A stretch of 64,000 nucleotides of DNA from Chiloscyllium plagiosum (GCF_004010195.1 NC_057717.1:73560087-73624086); one strand, 5' to 3'; counted from the stretch's first letter, positions 35,450-51,095 are shown. Translations and numbers: made by a program. The notes: generated by a model from the sequence alone, not told the origin.

Positions 35450-37130
35450 CTAATATCCCATGACCAAGTCACATTTTATGTACTTGTGCATAACACTTGA
35501 CACAGGTCCAGCGTCCTTACAGCCCACTCTCAGAGTGAACAGAACCTTTGACACTCTTGTATATATCTGTAAATGACACTGAGCAGGCCTTGCAGAATCA
35601 AAGAATTTTTCGCTTATCAATACACAAGGAGGCCTGACTCCTTTGATAGTCCCCAGACTATCCTGAAAATACTCCAGGTACTTAATTCGGACTTCACTCA
35701 GGCGGATATTTTTAAATTGAAGTCTTGAACCAATCAAGATGAATCTTTCTCAACCAATTTCACCCCATAACAGTTGGGCCTTAGCCTATTACTACAATCA
35801 ATGTTAACTGAACCAATTGCTTCTGATGTGAGACCAGAACCAAAGTTATAACATCAATTTGTAAGCATTCCCAAGTTTCGGTTTTCAGTCCAGCCGCAGT
35901 CTTATGCAAACTTTAGAGTTGTAGTCCAGAGCGAAGTTTATTAAAGACTTATTCTGTAACCACTGGTGCAGCCACGCCATTATCAACCACTATTTGAACC
36001 AGGTGACTGATTAAACAGACATTTATTTTAAATGATTCAGATTTGAATGTTGGTAAACAAATTAACAATTCCAAGCCAGTTGTATGTGAACATTCCATGG
36101 CATGCCTCTCCTGGACACATGTCTTTGAGTTCTCGCTGTCAATTCAGGCCTATTCTGTAGTACTGTTCTGCTTTATTGCCAGTAACTACAAGAGATTGCT
36201 GGCACGGATCCTCCTGGAAGTGGTAGATATATGGCCGAGACTTGGCTTTGTTTGGGACTTTTGCTGTGGGCTGGCAGAGCGTCCTCCTGAACTGTGCAAT
36301 GCCATCATATAAGAGGTGTCCCCTAAGTTCAGTTGGCCCGGCAAAGGTCTCCAATTGCATCGGCATACATTGTAATTCATACACAGCACTAGCTCCAATG
36401 TTAAAACCTGTTTTAATTCCTGTTTGAAGTCCAGTTTTACGTGAGCTGTTCGGCGGTTTTGCAGAGTTACATAATTATTCCCATGCACCGAATGGTCTCT
36501 GCATCCAACCCGAATGGCGTCGTGGGCCAATGCACAGCAGTTGTTGCACAGTGGCTCAAGAAGCCAGCTCAGCAACAACTTCTCAATGGGAATATGGACG
36601 GGCAATAAATGCTGGCCAGCCAACGACGGCTAACTTTGCTAGTCATCCTAACCTCGTCTAAAATCCTGAGATGGCTTCCAAAGTCTTCGAACGGCTGAGT
36701 AAATCCTATAGCCGCTCCAAATTAGAAGATACTCAGGGTCGTAATATTCCTAAACTAAATCTGTCAATGCTTCAAAGGTTTCAGTATCTGCTGCCTCAGG
36801 AGAGGTCAACCGAATAACAACTCATAACGTGAGGTTCCTAAAGCTGTCAGGAGAATGATTTTTAAAATTTCAACTGCTTCAATGACTTTGCCTGGAAGAA
36901 AAATACACTGGTTCCACACACTGGGCCAGGTCTTCGATGACAGGATGTGTCAAGCTGCCAAACTAACCACGTGATGCCAGAAATGCTTACCCCAACTCGA
37001 AGATTACTGCTACATGCGAATTACTTTAGGAGTGTATTTATGTTTCTTTCACTACCACCGAAGTAACTCCATAAATCAAATATTCCGTCTCCAATTCAAT
37101 CTATATTTATAGGTGTGAAGACTTTGATGC
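35450..37130 (-). mobile_element. Ty3/Gypsy remnant (gag-protease-start of pol)
   Basis: Minus-strand LTSPEAADTETFEALTDLV.EYYDP; CRDHSVHGNNYVTLQNR..LDFKQEL; protease-like VDNG; LSEV..KY.EYFQDSLGTIKG. Confidence 0.7.
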
Positions 37131-37739
37131 TCATCTGGCTTTCAGGGTTGTTTAGTGATTAGCACTGCTACATCACAGTGTTTGCAAACTATCTGCATAC
37201 AGTTTACATGTTCCCCCGTATCTGTGTGGACTTCCACTGTCGCTCTATTTTTTCCTATATTCCAAAGATGTGCAGGTTAAGTGGGTTGGTCATGCTAAAC
37301 TACCATAGTAACCAGGGATGTGGATTAAATATGAGAAATGTAAGGTTATATGGTACGCAGATGGGTCTGGGTGGGATAACTCTCTTTTGGCGATTGATGA
37401 GGACTCGATGGGCCTACTTCCACAGTATAGGGGTTCTATTAAAAACACTAGTCACTGCCTCGCATGACTGGGTGTTACAGTACCACAGAGATTAGTTGTC
37501 ACCTGTTGACTGTGGATTTGCTCAGCTCTGTGTATTTTTTTACTGGTTACGTTGCTTGGCATGCAGGTCGTTATGTTTAGTTGCATCATCACCTTGGGAC
37601 ATAATTTATTTTCATGTACGTCAGGAGCTTCTCCAGGCATCCTGCACTGTACTCTCCGTTTGAACCAGTTTTTATTTTAAATTACTTGGTGTTGTAACGT
37701 TTATATGCTGATTTTCAAATCTCTCCTGAGAATTTATAA

Positions 37740-38900
37740 TGAAGTAGAGTGAAGAACAGGCCCTTCAAGCCATCATGTACGCGGTGACCATAATTGTATT
37801 CTAAACTAATCCTATTTGGCTGAACAAGTCCCGTATCCCTGTGTTCTCTGCCTGTTCATGCCTCTGTCTAAACACCACTTAAACATTGCTATTGAATCGC
37901 CTTCTATTACCGTCCCTGGCGGTGTATTCCAAGCACTTACTGCGCTCTCTGTAGAAACTTACACTTCTCCTTTAATCTTCCGCACTTTCACCTTGAACCT
38001 ATGCAAACTGTGACATTTCTGGGGAAAGAGATGACTATCGACCAGTCAATACCACTCATGACATTTTGTAACTCTATCAGATTATCCCTCAGCGTCTGAA
38101 GCTCTAGAGAAACAATCCAAGATTGTCCAAACTCTCCTGAAATTACATGGACTCCAATCTAGGCAAATCCTGATCATCCAAGTTTACCTTCTCCAAAGCC
38201 TCCACATCCTTCCTGTAGTGAAGTCTCAAAATTTGGGCACAGTGTCCCAAGTGTGGCCTGACAAAATCTTATACTATTATACTCCAACTTGCCAAATACT
38301 CAACTCAATGCCTTGACTGATGAAAGCAAGCATGCCGTATGTCTTTTTAACCATCTTATTCACTTGATTTGCCAAATTCAGGGAGTTATGGACTCGGACT
38401 CGAAGATTCCCGTGCATATCAATGCTCCCAATGGTCCAACAATTTACAGCAAATTTTCCTCTTGCACTTGAACTCACAAAAAATATCACATCACACTTGT
38501 CTGGATTAAAGACCATCTGCTATTTCTCTGCCTATTCACCCAACTGATCTATATTCTTTCATATCCTTACTCTCTACCTACAATTCCATTAATTTTCATA
38601 TCATCGTCAACTTTGTTAATCAGGCCACTGACATTTTCATTCAAATAATTTATATGAATTACAAACAGTAGCAGTCCCAGCGCTGATCCTTGTGGAATGC
38701 CAGTTATCATAGAACTTCAAACAGAGTGAGAAAAAAACACCTCCGCTGCTACTCTGTGACCAAGATATTTCTGCTTAATTTAAATTGTCACCTCAATCTG
38801 GTTTCCATGAAATTTGATCTTCTGGGCCAATCTAGCATGCGGGACCTTGCAAAAAGCTTCAGTAAATTACATGTAGACAACGTCCTTCGACTGAATTACA
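37740..38900 (-). mobile_element. Old CR1 remnant
   Basis: FNPDKCDV..KKTYGMLAFISQGIE. Confidence 0.75.
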
Positions 38901-38964
38901 GTATAATCGTAAAAAAGACACGAATATATTTTCAAAGGACGGTAACCTTTAACAATGTTATTGC

Positions 38965-39260
38965 GTGGCAGTGTGGTTCGTTGGCTCAGTGGTTCGCAAT
39001 GTTGACTCACAATATCAAGGACTGGCATTTGATTCCAGCTTCAGGGAACTGTCTGTGTGAAGTCTGCACATTCTCCCCATGTCTGTGATGTTTCATCTCA
39101 CAGTTTCCAGTTTCCTCTCACGGTCCAGAAATATGCAGACTAGGTGGAGTAGCCGTGGAAATTGAGAGTTACAAGGAATGGACTGAGACTGCGTCTAAGT
39201 GGGATGCTCTTCGCAGTGGTAGTGTGGACTTGATAGACATCCAGATAACAGGGATCCTAC
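38965..39260 (+). mobile_element. Degenerate HE1-like SINE
   Basis: TGGCTCAGTGGTT A-box, TTTGATTCCAGC B-box-like, core GCACATTCTCCCC. Confidence 0.65.
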
Positions 39261-41879
39261 GACATTTTGTCATTTAATAAGAACACTCGAATAAAAGCAA
39301 ATCTTTTGACATTGTCCGAATACTAATAAATCACTCTAAACAATGAAATCAGGGAAACTTGTCATCGAATATAATGAATAACTAAGAAGTCCTAGACTCT
39401 GATGTAATGAATTCTGTACCTCCATTAAAATCTGAACGAAGAAACACATCCTTACCTGACACTTATATCGATGTCTCATTATACTCAAAATGTGACCCTT
39501 CGACCAAACATCTTCACCTAGTCAAAACATTCTCCAAGCATGTAAACTGGCTGGAATCTTCATCATTATTTCAATGGGGTCTCATTTCACTTTTCTTAGT
39601 TCAAAGGAATACGTGTCCATTATCCTATCATAGGACAAGTTGGCATTCTTGGGATACAGATCCAAGAATGGGTTCAACAAAACAGTTAAAGTTGGTACAT
39701 CATTTCCCTATGCAAACAAATCAAATGTATGTACTGATCTTCAGACTTTGCATCACTGAACTCCATTGAAATTCCATAAATCTAATTCATTTTAGTGTCT
39801 AGACGCTCGCTTTACAATACAGAGAAATTATAATATTTTGTGTTTGCTTCCCACATTGGCTGAGCTTCAAGTAAAGAATTCTCCTTCTAAACGTTTGTCC
39901 TCGATTGAGCCATAAACCCTCAGATTATTCTATTACCAGGCGTCTCTGCCTAATGAGAGTACAAAACTATGGTACAATAGAACGATACTAACTTTATCTT
40001 TCCAACAGATGTCAATGCATTTTGCAAGACAATGTAACATCCCATTTATTTCTGATCTTCGTGGACTCTAATCTATGAATGAGAAAATTAATCAAGGTAA
40101 TTACTCCAAAAGAAAAGATGAAGGAATAAACGACAGGATTTCTTCTTTCAGGACTTTCAAAATAACAAACATGAAAAGGAAATGAGGAGTAAAATCTACG
40201 ATTGGCAGCCGAAAAGTTTAAGAAAATACATAATGACAGGACCAGTTCTGGTCAGTAAGAAAGAGCTGAGGTTCAAGGTTTAACCAGCACTGTTGTTGTT
40301 TTCTCATCTCATTATGCATTATTAGAGCTCGTTTAGAAATAATCCATTCAAAACTGTATTGATGAGCATGATGTCAGACTTGCCCTCCTCCTGCAGCTTA
40401 CTTTGGTGAAAAAGAGAGTTTGCGTTTCATTTAGTCACTCTCTACCTTCACAGTTTATCTCACTCTCACGCTCACACTCTATTAGGCCACACCACACATT
40501 ATCACAATTCATGCACACACACGTATACACGCACAGTCTCCCTCTCTCTCTCCAATACTCTCGCAAAAAAACCTCAGTCATTCTTCTACAGAAACAGTGT
40601 CTTACTTTTACACTTACACCCACCCGCACTCCCATTCGTGCTCATACACGTATTTATTCTCTATCTCCCACACATCTTAACACCACGACATGCCATCACA
40701 ATCTCCGATACAAACGTGTTCTCAAGACATTACAGAGAAACATATACAAGGATACAAACACATACACACACGAACACCGGCATTTCATCACAAACATGCA
40801 AATATGTAAGTACACAACCACACTGACAAGTAACAATTGGACCACACAAATGCCGGACTATGAAAATCATGAATAAGAAGGGGCTAAGCTCCTCCTCTTG
40901 GCTTTCAATGGTGTTACTATCAAGGGATCCTCACACTACCAACATCATGGGGGTTGCCATTGACAAGAAACTCAACTGGACTCACCAAATAAAAATACTG
41001 TCCACGAGAGCCGGTCAGAATGTAAGAATACTTCAGGAAGTAACTCACCTCCTGATTCCTCAAAGCCTGACAAGTCCCAAGTCAGGAGTGTAATGGAATA
41101 TTCCCCCCTTGCCTGGTTGAGTGCAGCCACAACAACAATCAAGAAGCTTGACACCATCCAGGTCATACCAGCCCGTTTGATTGGTGCTACATCCACACTT
41201 TGCACCATCGAAAATCATAGCAGCATTATGCTCTATCTAAAACATGCACAGCAGAAATTCATCAAAGATCAGCAGACAGCACCTTCCCAACCCAAAAACA
41301 TTTCGATCTAATAGGCAAGGACAACGACTATATGTGAAAACCACCACCATCAAGATCCTCTCCAAGTCATTGACTATCCTGACTTAGGAATATATAGCCC
41401 TTCCTTCTTTGTTGCTTGGTCAAAATTTTGGAATTCCCTCCCTAATGGCATTGTGGGTCAACCCACAGCAGGTGGACTGCAGTGATTCAAGAAGGCAGCT
41501 CACCACCAACTTCTCCAGAGTAACTCGGAATGGACAGTAAATTCTGGTCAACCTGTGAGTCCCACGTTCCACAAAGTGAATTTAAAAACGCTGCTACACA
41601 ATGTTGTCTCTTTGTCATTATTTCACGAAAAGACAGCCTCTCTCAGTTCATCACATTACACAAAGCTCACTCTTATTAACATTGCACACCGGCACACATA
41701 AACTCCCTACTAAATTTAAACCTTTTGAAATCTACTGTACCATGATGACTCCAAGTTCTTGATTAAGAATCAATTTACGATCTCTTCTTTCAGTGTTTCT
41801 CACATTTATGCATCATGGCTTTGGATTGTAAAATTGCACACGTCACACTGATTTTTTGAAAGTAAAAATACATAAAATT

Positions 41880-43480
41880 ACAGAAGATTTAGCTTAAGCA
41901 CTGTGGTGGGGAATTTGGTGGAGGTTGTTGCAAAGAATGGAGTGACTGAACAACTAGAGATTGCTCAGTTAATCAGAGAGAGCCAGCATACATTCATGAC
42001 AGGGGCATAATGCCTGACAAATTTTGAAGAGCTGATTAATGTAGTGGAATATCTTTGGATTCTTCATAGACTTACAAAGCCCATTTAATATATTTCAATA
42101 TAAGGGATTCCAAAGTTAGAATTCCATGGATGTGAGAGTAAATTACTGGCATGACTATAATTTCTTTTGAGTGGCTGGCAACAGAGAGTTCAGATCATGG
42201 TGTTGGGAATTGGGGGGTGTAGAATGTAGTCAAATTGGCATTAGCCAGTGGTGTCTCACAAGAATCTGTGCTCGAACAGCAATTATTAATTTTATTAATT
42301 AACGACTTGGATAATGGCACAGAAAGCCACAACTCCAAACTTGCCATTGTAGTTGCATTGCAGATAGTGCAAACATTAGCCTCAAATTATTAGCAGATAT
42401 TGATTATTGTAGTTTTTTAAAAAAAAATAGATTCCCTACAGTGTGGAAACAGGCCCTTTGGCCCAATCAGTCCACACCGACCCTCCGAAGAGTAATCCAC
42501 GTAAATCCATTTCCCTCTGACTAATGCACCTAACACATACTAACAATTTAGTATGGCCAATTCACGTAACCTGCACATCTTTGTACTGTGAGAGGAAACC
42601 GGGGCATGCGGACGAAACACACACAGACACGGGGTAAATATGCAAACTCCACACAGACAGTCACCCGAGGCTGGAATCGAACCGAGGATACTGATGCTGT
42701 GAGCCACCGTGCTGCCCCTAAATAAGTAGCGAAAACTGCGTCAGATGGAGTTCAGTGGAATCAAATGTATGTTAGATGGAAAGAAAGAATAGACTATGCC
42801 CCTTTCGACATGATGTGAGGTTAAAGACAATGGATATCCAAAGAGTTTTGCTGGTTTGCTAAGAACAGATGCAAGAAAATAATCAAAAAAGTGTTGAAGT
42901 TTATATCTGAAGTTCTGGGGTATTTGGATGCAAAAGTTATATTGCAGTTATATGAGACCCTGGTTAGAACTCATTTGGAGCCTTTTGAGCAGTTGTAGGC
43001 ATCAAAACCTTATGAAAGACGTACTGGCTTTGGAGGTAGTACAAAACCCTTAGAACGATACACCCGAGATTTCAGGGGTTAATATATGAGAACAGATAAG
43101 ACAAATTCGATCTGTTTTCTCTAAATTTCGACAGATTATGATCGACCTCTTCAAGATGTTAATAGGAAAAGTCAGGGTTGAAAAAGGCAATATTTCAATA
43201 TTTGGAGTTTCCAAAACTAGGGGGCATAGACTCTTAATTAAGGTCAGACAATTCAAGAAAGAGATTAGGAAGCACTTCTACACAAATGAGGTACAGATGG
43301 TTGGAACTCTCTTCCATAGACAGCTGTTAATTTTAATTTTGAGGTAAAGTTTTCTTTGTTAAGCAAAGGTTTTGAGAGATAAAGCCAGGAATTAGGAGAT
43401 AGGCCGCCGATCAGCTATGATCCAATTCAATGACAGAACAAGCTCGAGTAGCTGAATTGGCTAATCGTTTTCTTTTCTTC
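41880..43480 (+). mobile_element. Old CR1 fragment containing a minus-strand HE1 SINE (42428-42717)
   Basis: KTRGHRL..FYT motif; the SINE body is clear. Confidence 0.7.
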
Positions 43481-44825
43481 CTGTGTTGCTGTGAACATAA
43501 ACAACATCTTCTGCGTTCCACTCAAACAATTCCTGCTTTGACCCGTCAATCCTTAACCAACAACCTAACTCTTGTTTCTCCACTTAAACCACTGACACAC
43601 ACACGCACACATATGCACATACCAACTCAACGCTTGTGGATGCTCCAAATGCTGATTCTTCAAGCAGAATTCCGCGTCTTTTGTAAGGACATTTTTTTTT
43701 TTGTAATTCTGAAGAAACTACCGCAGCATATGTCGTACCATATGTCGTTCTTTCCATTCATTTAGTCCAACTCTGATTTCTCCCTTATCTTTATCGACGC
43801 CCATTTTAATATCTGGTCATAAACCTATCAATGGTATCCATTGAAAATATACCTAAATCCAGAGTTACAAAGAGGAAAATGGAAAGAACAACACAATAGT
43901 AGGAATAGGCTCTTTGACCCTCCAAGCCTGCACCAACACGTTTTGCTTTTACATACTGAAACTGTCTTCACTTACACGTGGCATGTCCCTCTGTTCCAAT
44001 CTTACTAATGTATTCATTGAGGTGTTCCTTAAATGCTGCTATTGTGTCAGTGTTGGGGAAAAGTAAATCTTTTGCTGAATCATTTAAAACAAAATCATCA
44101 GGAGAGGAGAAATTGATCAATTAACTAGCTTTTATTCCATGGACATGGAGGAGCTACATCTTCCTTTGGAGAAGTCCGAGGCAAATACAATGTGTTACAA
44201 TTTATATAGCGTTAAAAAAAGCCCTCTGCCCATTAATTACGCAAACTAGGGGCAGTCGTAAGGTTCACATACATTGTCCAGACCTACATTTCGCAATGTC
44301 TGCAAAACTGCATATCTTATACAGCATGTTCAGCTCGGCAAGAACATTCGATAAGAGACATAGTGAAATAATACATTATTCTATGAGGCAGAACTATCAA
44401 AGGGTCAGAGGAGCAGAGAAAGGCTACCACTGCAAAGTCAGATTAACGAAACACAATTCCTCAGCCAGGACTCAGACAAGCACTATGGCTAGAAGACTAC
44501 ATTTTACTGCAAAAATGCTTTGTGACCAAAAGGAGGACTTTACCCATAGCCAGGGGATTGTCGGGGGCTGGTGGTTGGAGATCGGACATATAATCCTTGG
44601 ATCAGTAAGAAATGGGATAGAAGACTCCAGTGACTGGGAATCATCATCGGGGGCTTCGTCAGGAAGGGGAAACATAGGCATCTGCGAGATCACTGGAGAG
44701 TAGGGCCACAACAGAGAACTGAATCGAGTAGACGATTGTCTGCAGGGTTACTTCAATTTCTAGTCGAGCAGTTCCAAAGGCGGGGAAAAGAAACCTGCAA
44801 AATGGTCCAATTCCATGAGGATTCA

Positions 44826-47185
44826 CAGAACATAGATCATAGAAGAATACAACAAAGAACAGGTCCTTCAGCCCTCGATGGTGCGCCGACTTGTGTACTA
44901 TTCTCAGCTTGTCCACCTACACTATCCCAAAATCATCCATGTGCTTATCTAAGGATTGTTTAAATCTCCTTAATATGGCTGTGTTGACTACATTAGCAGG
45001 TAGGATATTCCACGTCCTTACCACTCTGCATAAAGAACTTTCCTCTGACATCTGTCTTAAATTTATCACCCTCAATTTGTAGTTATGCCCTCTCGTACGA
45101 GCTGACGTCATCATCCGAGGAAAAAGTATTTCACTAATCCTCTGATCATCTTGTATGTCTCTATCAAATGCCCCCTTAGCCTTCTTCTTTCCAATGAGGA
45201 CAGACCCAAGTCTCTCAGCCTTTCCTCATAAGACCTTCCCTCCAGAACAGGTTACATCCTAGTAAATCTCCTCTGCACCCTTTCCAATGCTTCCACATCC
45301 TTCCGGTAATGGGGTGACCAGAACTGTACACAATATTCCAAGTGTGGCCACATAAGCTTTTTGTGTCATTGCAGCATGATATTGCGGTTCCTGAACTCAA
45401 TCCCTCTACTAATGAAACCTAACACGCCGTATGACTTCTTCACAGCACTATCCACCTGGGTGGCAACTTTCAGAGATCTATGCATATGGACTCCAAGATC
45501 CCGATGCACATCCACACTACCAAGAATCTTTCCATTGACCCAGTACTCTGCCTTCCTGTTATTCTTCCCAAAGTGCATCACCTCACACTTAGCTGTATTG
45601 AACTCCATTTGCAACCTCTCAGCCCAATTCTGCAGTTTATCCAAGTTCCCCTGCAATCTGGAACATTCTTCAAAACTGTCCACTACTCCACCGACTTTAG
45701 TGTTGTCTGCAAATTTACTGATCCATCCACCTATGCCTGCGTCTAAGTCGTTTATAAAAATGACAAACAGCAGTGGTCACAAAACAGATCCTTGTGGCAC
45801 ACCACTAGTAACTAGACTCCAGACAGAATATTTTCCATCAACCACCACTCGCTGCCTTCTTCCAGTTTCTAATCCAAACTGCTAAATCACTCTCAATTCC
45901 ATGCCTCTGCATTTTCTCTCACAGCTTACCATATGGAACCTTATCAAAGGATTTACTGAGTCCCTGTATACCACGTCAACTGCCCTACCCTCATCTACAT
46001 CCTTGGTCACCTTCTCAAAAAGTTCAATGAGGATTCTGAGACACGACCTGCCCTTGACAAAACTATGATTGCTAGATTATGTATCTCATCTCTAATAATT
46101 ATTTCCAAAACCTTTCCTGCAACAGACGTAAGGCTCACTGGTTTATAATTGCCTCGATCATCTCTGTTGCCCTTCTTGAACAAGGGCACAACATTTTCAA
46201 TCCTCCAGTCCTCAGGTACTAAACCTGTAGACCATGAGGACTCAAACGTCAAAGCCAACGGCTCTGCTATCTCCTCCCTAGCTTCCAAGAGAATCCTCGC
46301 ATAAATCCCATCCGGCCCAGGGGACTTGTTTACTTTCATTCCCTCTAGAATTGATAACACCTGTGCGTAACTAACCTCGATCGTTTCTCGTCTAATATTT
46401 CATACCTCATTTTTCTCCTCCACAATATTCTCCTTTTTCTGAATGAACACCGATGAGAAATGTTCATTTAGCACCTCTCCGATCTCTACAGGGTCCACAT
46501 TCAACTTCCCACCTCTGTCTTTGACTGGCCCTATACCTACCCTAATCATCCTTTTATTCCTCACATATCTACAGAAAGCTTCAGAGTATTCCTTTATTCT
46601 ATTTGGCAAAGACTGCTCGTGTCCTCTCTTTGTTTTTCTTAACTCTCTCTTTAAATCCTTCCTAGCTGATCTGTAACTCTCCATCTGCTCATCTGTACCA
46701 TCTTGCCTCATGAACACAAAACCTCCTCCTTCTTCTTAACAAGAGATGCAATTTGTGTTGTAAACCACGAATCTCTTACCTTATCACTTCCTCCCTGCCT
46801 GACAGGGACATACCTATCAAGGATACGCAATATCTGTTCCTTAAACCAGCCTGCATCCCCTGCGTTTTGTTACTCCATTCTATGCAACCTAATTCTTGCC
46901 TCATCCCATTATAATTGTCCTTGTCCCATCGATAACTCTTGACCTGTTTCATGGACCCTTTCCATCGCTAAACTAAACGTAACTGAATTATGGTCAATCT
47001 CTCCAAAGTGTTCACCTACAACTAAATCAAACACCTGGTCTGGTTCATTATCAAGCACCAGTGTGGCCTCCGCTCTTGTTGGCCCTTCGACATACTGTGT
47101 CAGGAAACCCTCCTGTACACATTGGACAAAAACTGATCCATCCGACGTACTAGAGCTATAACATTTCCAGTCAATGTTGGGGAAG
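44826..47185 (-). mobile_element. CR1 nested in the ERV
   Basis: KSPGPDGIY, NYKPVSLTSV, KCEVMHFG; CR1 tail at 44826. Confidence 0.92.
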
Positions 47186-48626
47186 TTTGGTGTGAGTTCG
47201 GAACGAATGGTGTTATGGATACATACCCATCGGATAGAGTGGTCGGATTTCTGCACATAAAGAAAAGTATTAAACTATAACTCCTATTTACTAGGGGTTA
47301 TCAGACTATCCATTGTGCTCCATTCAAACATAGTTAGTGACAGAAAGATAAGAAGTGTAGTGAAATGCAGATGGATTTGGCTGAGGCATGCATGGACGGA
47401 GGCTGAACAGATCTCTCTGCCAGGGTCTTCTGGTTATCCTCTGGGGGTATGGCATTCTTTGGCATGAAATTGTATGCGTCTATTCAAGCTTCTCTAGACC
47501 TTGACTGCTATGTGGGCGGCCAGCAGAACTAGGAACGGTCCTTTTCACCCAGGGTATAATTTTCCCCGTCTTAATTCTGAGGCTTGGTATACCTGTGAAT
47601 GTAAACCTTGATGAGTTTTGGCTAACTGTTACAAATATTTCCCACTTGTCCAAAACTGTTGTGACAGCAGTATCAGTCGTTGGGATGGTTTTGATTCATC
47701 TACTACATACATCTATTATTAGACAATACTCGTTTCAATGTATACAAAGTAATTTTATAAAAAACAAGTCGTAGACAAGTAAAAGGTCCACCAGGCATTG
47801 AAGTGGTTCAACACACGCAGGGCTTCCCTTTTACAGAAGAAAATCAGGCTTGCTTCAGCTCTTTCCTCAGCTTCTTTCTGAACATCTGGGCGCCGACAAA
47901 TTTGCAATAAAATATTAACTGCTCCCTCCTTGCCCAATAATGAACATCATCAACGAAAATAACCTGCAGCAAAGAAGGAACAAAAGATTGTCCAGGTTGA
48001 GTGACGAGGGAACAACCCCCCCCCCCCCCGTCCCCATTTGACTCCATAGTTTGTACTTCTCAATAAAGGCTTCCCCTGCGGATTCTGAACCTTTCCCAGG
48101 TCTGGCATACCTGTCTCCACATTGTCTGTAACCGGGTTTTGTTGGGGACTAATGAGACCAGAAGTTTGGGATATAAGGCAACCTGTTTGGCAGCAGCATC
48201 TATCTGCTCATGCCTTTGGAGACTGTATCAGTTGCTTCAGTGTGAGCCGAACATTTGATACCTGCCACATTGATTGGACAAAGCAGCATTAATAATAGAA
48301 TTAATAGAATTCCACGTGGAGATTAAAACTCGTCTATGTTCCCAAAGGGCTCCGTAATCGTTGGTCATACCAAAAGCACCACGAGAGTCAGCGTATATCA
48401 GCAGATTTTCCTTTTGCGAGGATGCAAGCATGCCAACCCTGCATCATCTCTAAGGTAACATTCCGGACACTTTGCTCCTCAGTGGTCATTCTTTCCACAG
48501 TTTAAGCAAGGTCCTGCCATCTGTCCCTGGGGGGATTTCACTGTTTTGTTTGCAATCCCAAAGGCATAGTTCCAGGTGCCACATGTCCCCACTTCCAGGC
48601 TCCACTTGGGAAAGGGTCATAGTGTC

Positions 48627-51095
48627 ACAGAAACATAGAGATGTAAAATATGGAAACAGACACTACGGTCCAACAGGTCCATGCCGACCTGATATCCCAA
48701 CCTAATCTAGTCCCACCCGGCACATAGCCCACCAAGTCATTCCTATCGTATGTAAATTCAAATACCATTGAAATGTTCCAATTGTACCAATCCCTCTGGC
48801 AGCTCATTCCATACACGTACCACCCTATGCCTGAAAAAAATGCCGCTTAAGTCTCTTTTGTATCTTTCCCCTCTCACCTTAATCCTATGCCCTCTAGTTC
48901 TGGACTCACCAAAACCAGGGAATAGACTTTGCCTATTTACCCTCTCCATGCCCCTCATAATTATGTAAACCTCTATAAGGTCACCCCTCAGTCTCCGATG
49001 CTCCAGGGAAATCAGCCCCAGCCTGATCAGCCTCTCCCTATAGCTCAAATCCTCCAACCCTGGCAACATCCTTGTAAATCTTTTCTGAACCCTTTCAAGT
49101 CTCACAACATCTTTCCGGTAGGAAGGAGACCAGAATTGCACGCAATATTCCAACAGTGGCCTAACCAATGTACTGTACAGCCGCAACAAGACCTCCCAAC
49201 TCCTGTACTCAATACTCTGACCAATAAAGGAAAGCATGCCAAACGTCTTCTTCACTATCCTATCTACCTGCAAATCCACTTTTCAGGAGCTATGAACCTG
49301 CACTCCAAGGTCTATTTGTTCATCAACACTCCCTAGGATCTTACCATGAAGTGTATAAGTCCTGCTAAGATTTGCTTTCCCAAAATGCAGCACCTCACAC
49401 TTATCTGAATTAAACTCTATCTGCCACGTCTCAGCCCATTGGTCCATCTGATCAAGATCCTGTTGTAATCTGAGGCAACCTTCTTCGCTGAGCACGACAC
49501 CTCCAATTTTGGTATCATCCAAAATTGAAACGCATAAACGTGGATAAATCGCCAGGAGCTGATCAGGTGTACCCGAGAACTCAGTGGGAAGCTCGGGAAG
49601 TGATTGCTGGGCTCCTAACTGAGATATTTGTATCAACAATAGTCACAGGTGAGGTGCTGGAAAATGTACCTCTTATGGTCGCATCCACATCATTTATGTA
49701 AATGACAAAAAGTAGAGGACCCAGCACCAATCCTTGTGGCACTCCATTGGTCACAGGCCTCCAGTCTGAAAAACAACCCTCCACCACCACCCTCTGGCTT
49801 CTATCTTTGAGCCAGTTCTGTATCTAAATGGCTAGTTCTCCCTGTATTCCATGAGATCCAACCTTGCTAATGAGTATCCCATGGCATACTTGTCGAACGC
49901 CTTACTGAAGTCCATATAGATCACATCTACCACTCCGCCCTCATCAATCCTCTTTGTTACTTCTTCAAATAACTCCATAAAGTTTGTGAGACATGATTTC
50001 ACACGCACAAAGCTACGGCTATCTCTAATCTTTCCTTGCCTTTCCAAGTACATGTACATCCTATCTCTCAGGATTCCCTCCAACAACTTTCCCACCACCG
50101 AAGTCACTCTCAGTGGTCTACAGTTCACTGGCTTGTCCATACCACCTTTGTTAAACAGTGGCACCCCATTTGCCAACCTCCATTTTCCGGCACCTCACCT
50201 GTGACTATTGATGATACAAATATCACAGTTAGGGGCCCGGCAATCACTTCTCTAGCTTCCCACAGAGTTCTCGGGTACACCTGATCAGCTCCTGGCGATT
50301 TATCCACGTTTATGCATTTCAAGGCATCTAGTACTTCCCCCTCTGTAATATGGACATTTTGCAAGATGTCACCATTCACTTCCCCGCAGTCTATATCTTC
50401 TATATCCTTTTCCAGTGTAAATACTGATGCAAAATACTCATTTGGTATCTCCCCCATTTTCTGCGGCTCCACACAAAGGGTTCCCATTGTCAAATGCAGT
50501 TTAATTTATTAATCCTACTTTGTCCCTTTCTGCCGTGACTGGTTGACTCGCTTTTGTTCTCAAGTGTACCAGTCTCAGACTGATCTCTTTCGTCACTATC
50601 TCCGTGGGTCACCTCCATCTCCCCCCACCCCGCCCCAACCCCCCCCCCCCCCCACCGTCCCAACCATCCCACTAGTTTACATCCTCCTGAGCAGCTCTAG
50701 AAAATTTCTATGGCATTATATTAGTCCCTTTCCAATTTAGGGTGCACTCTGTCCTCCTTGTACATGTCACTTCTACTCCAAAAGAGATTCCAATGATCCC
50801 AAAATGTGAATCCTTCTCCCATACACCAGCTCATCAGCGATGCATTCAAATGCTCTATCCTCCTATTCCTGCCCTCAGTAGTTCGTAGCACCTGGAGTAA
50901 TTCAGATATTACTACTCTCGAGGGCCTCTTTTTTAAACTCCTACCTAACTCTCTGTAATCTCCCTTCAGAATCTCAATGTTTTCCTTTCCTATGTTGTTG
51001 TTTCCAATGTGGGCAATGACCTCTTGCTAGCCCCTTTCCCCCTTGAGAACATTGTGTAACGTCTCTGTGACATCCTTGGTCCGGGCACCAGGGAA
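48627..51095 (-). mobile_element. CR1 nested in the ERV, with an internal inverted duplication
   Basis: [32 protein letters not shown]. Confidence 0.92.
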
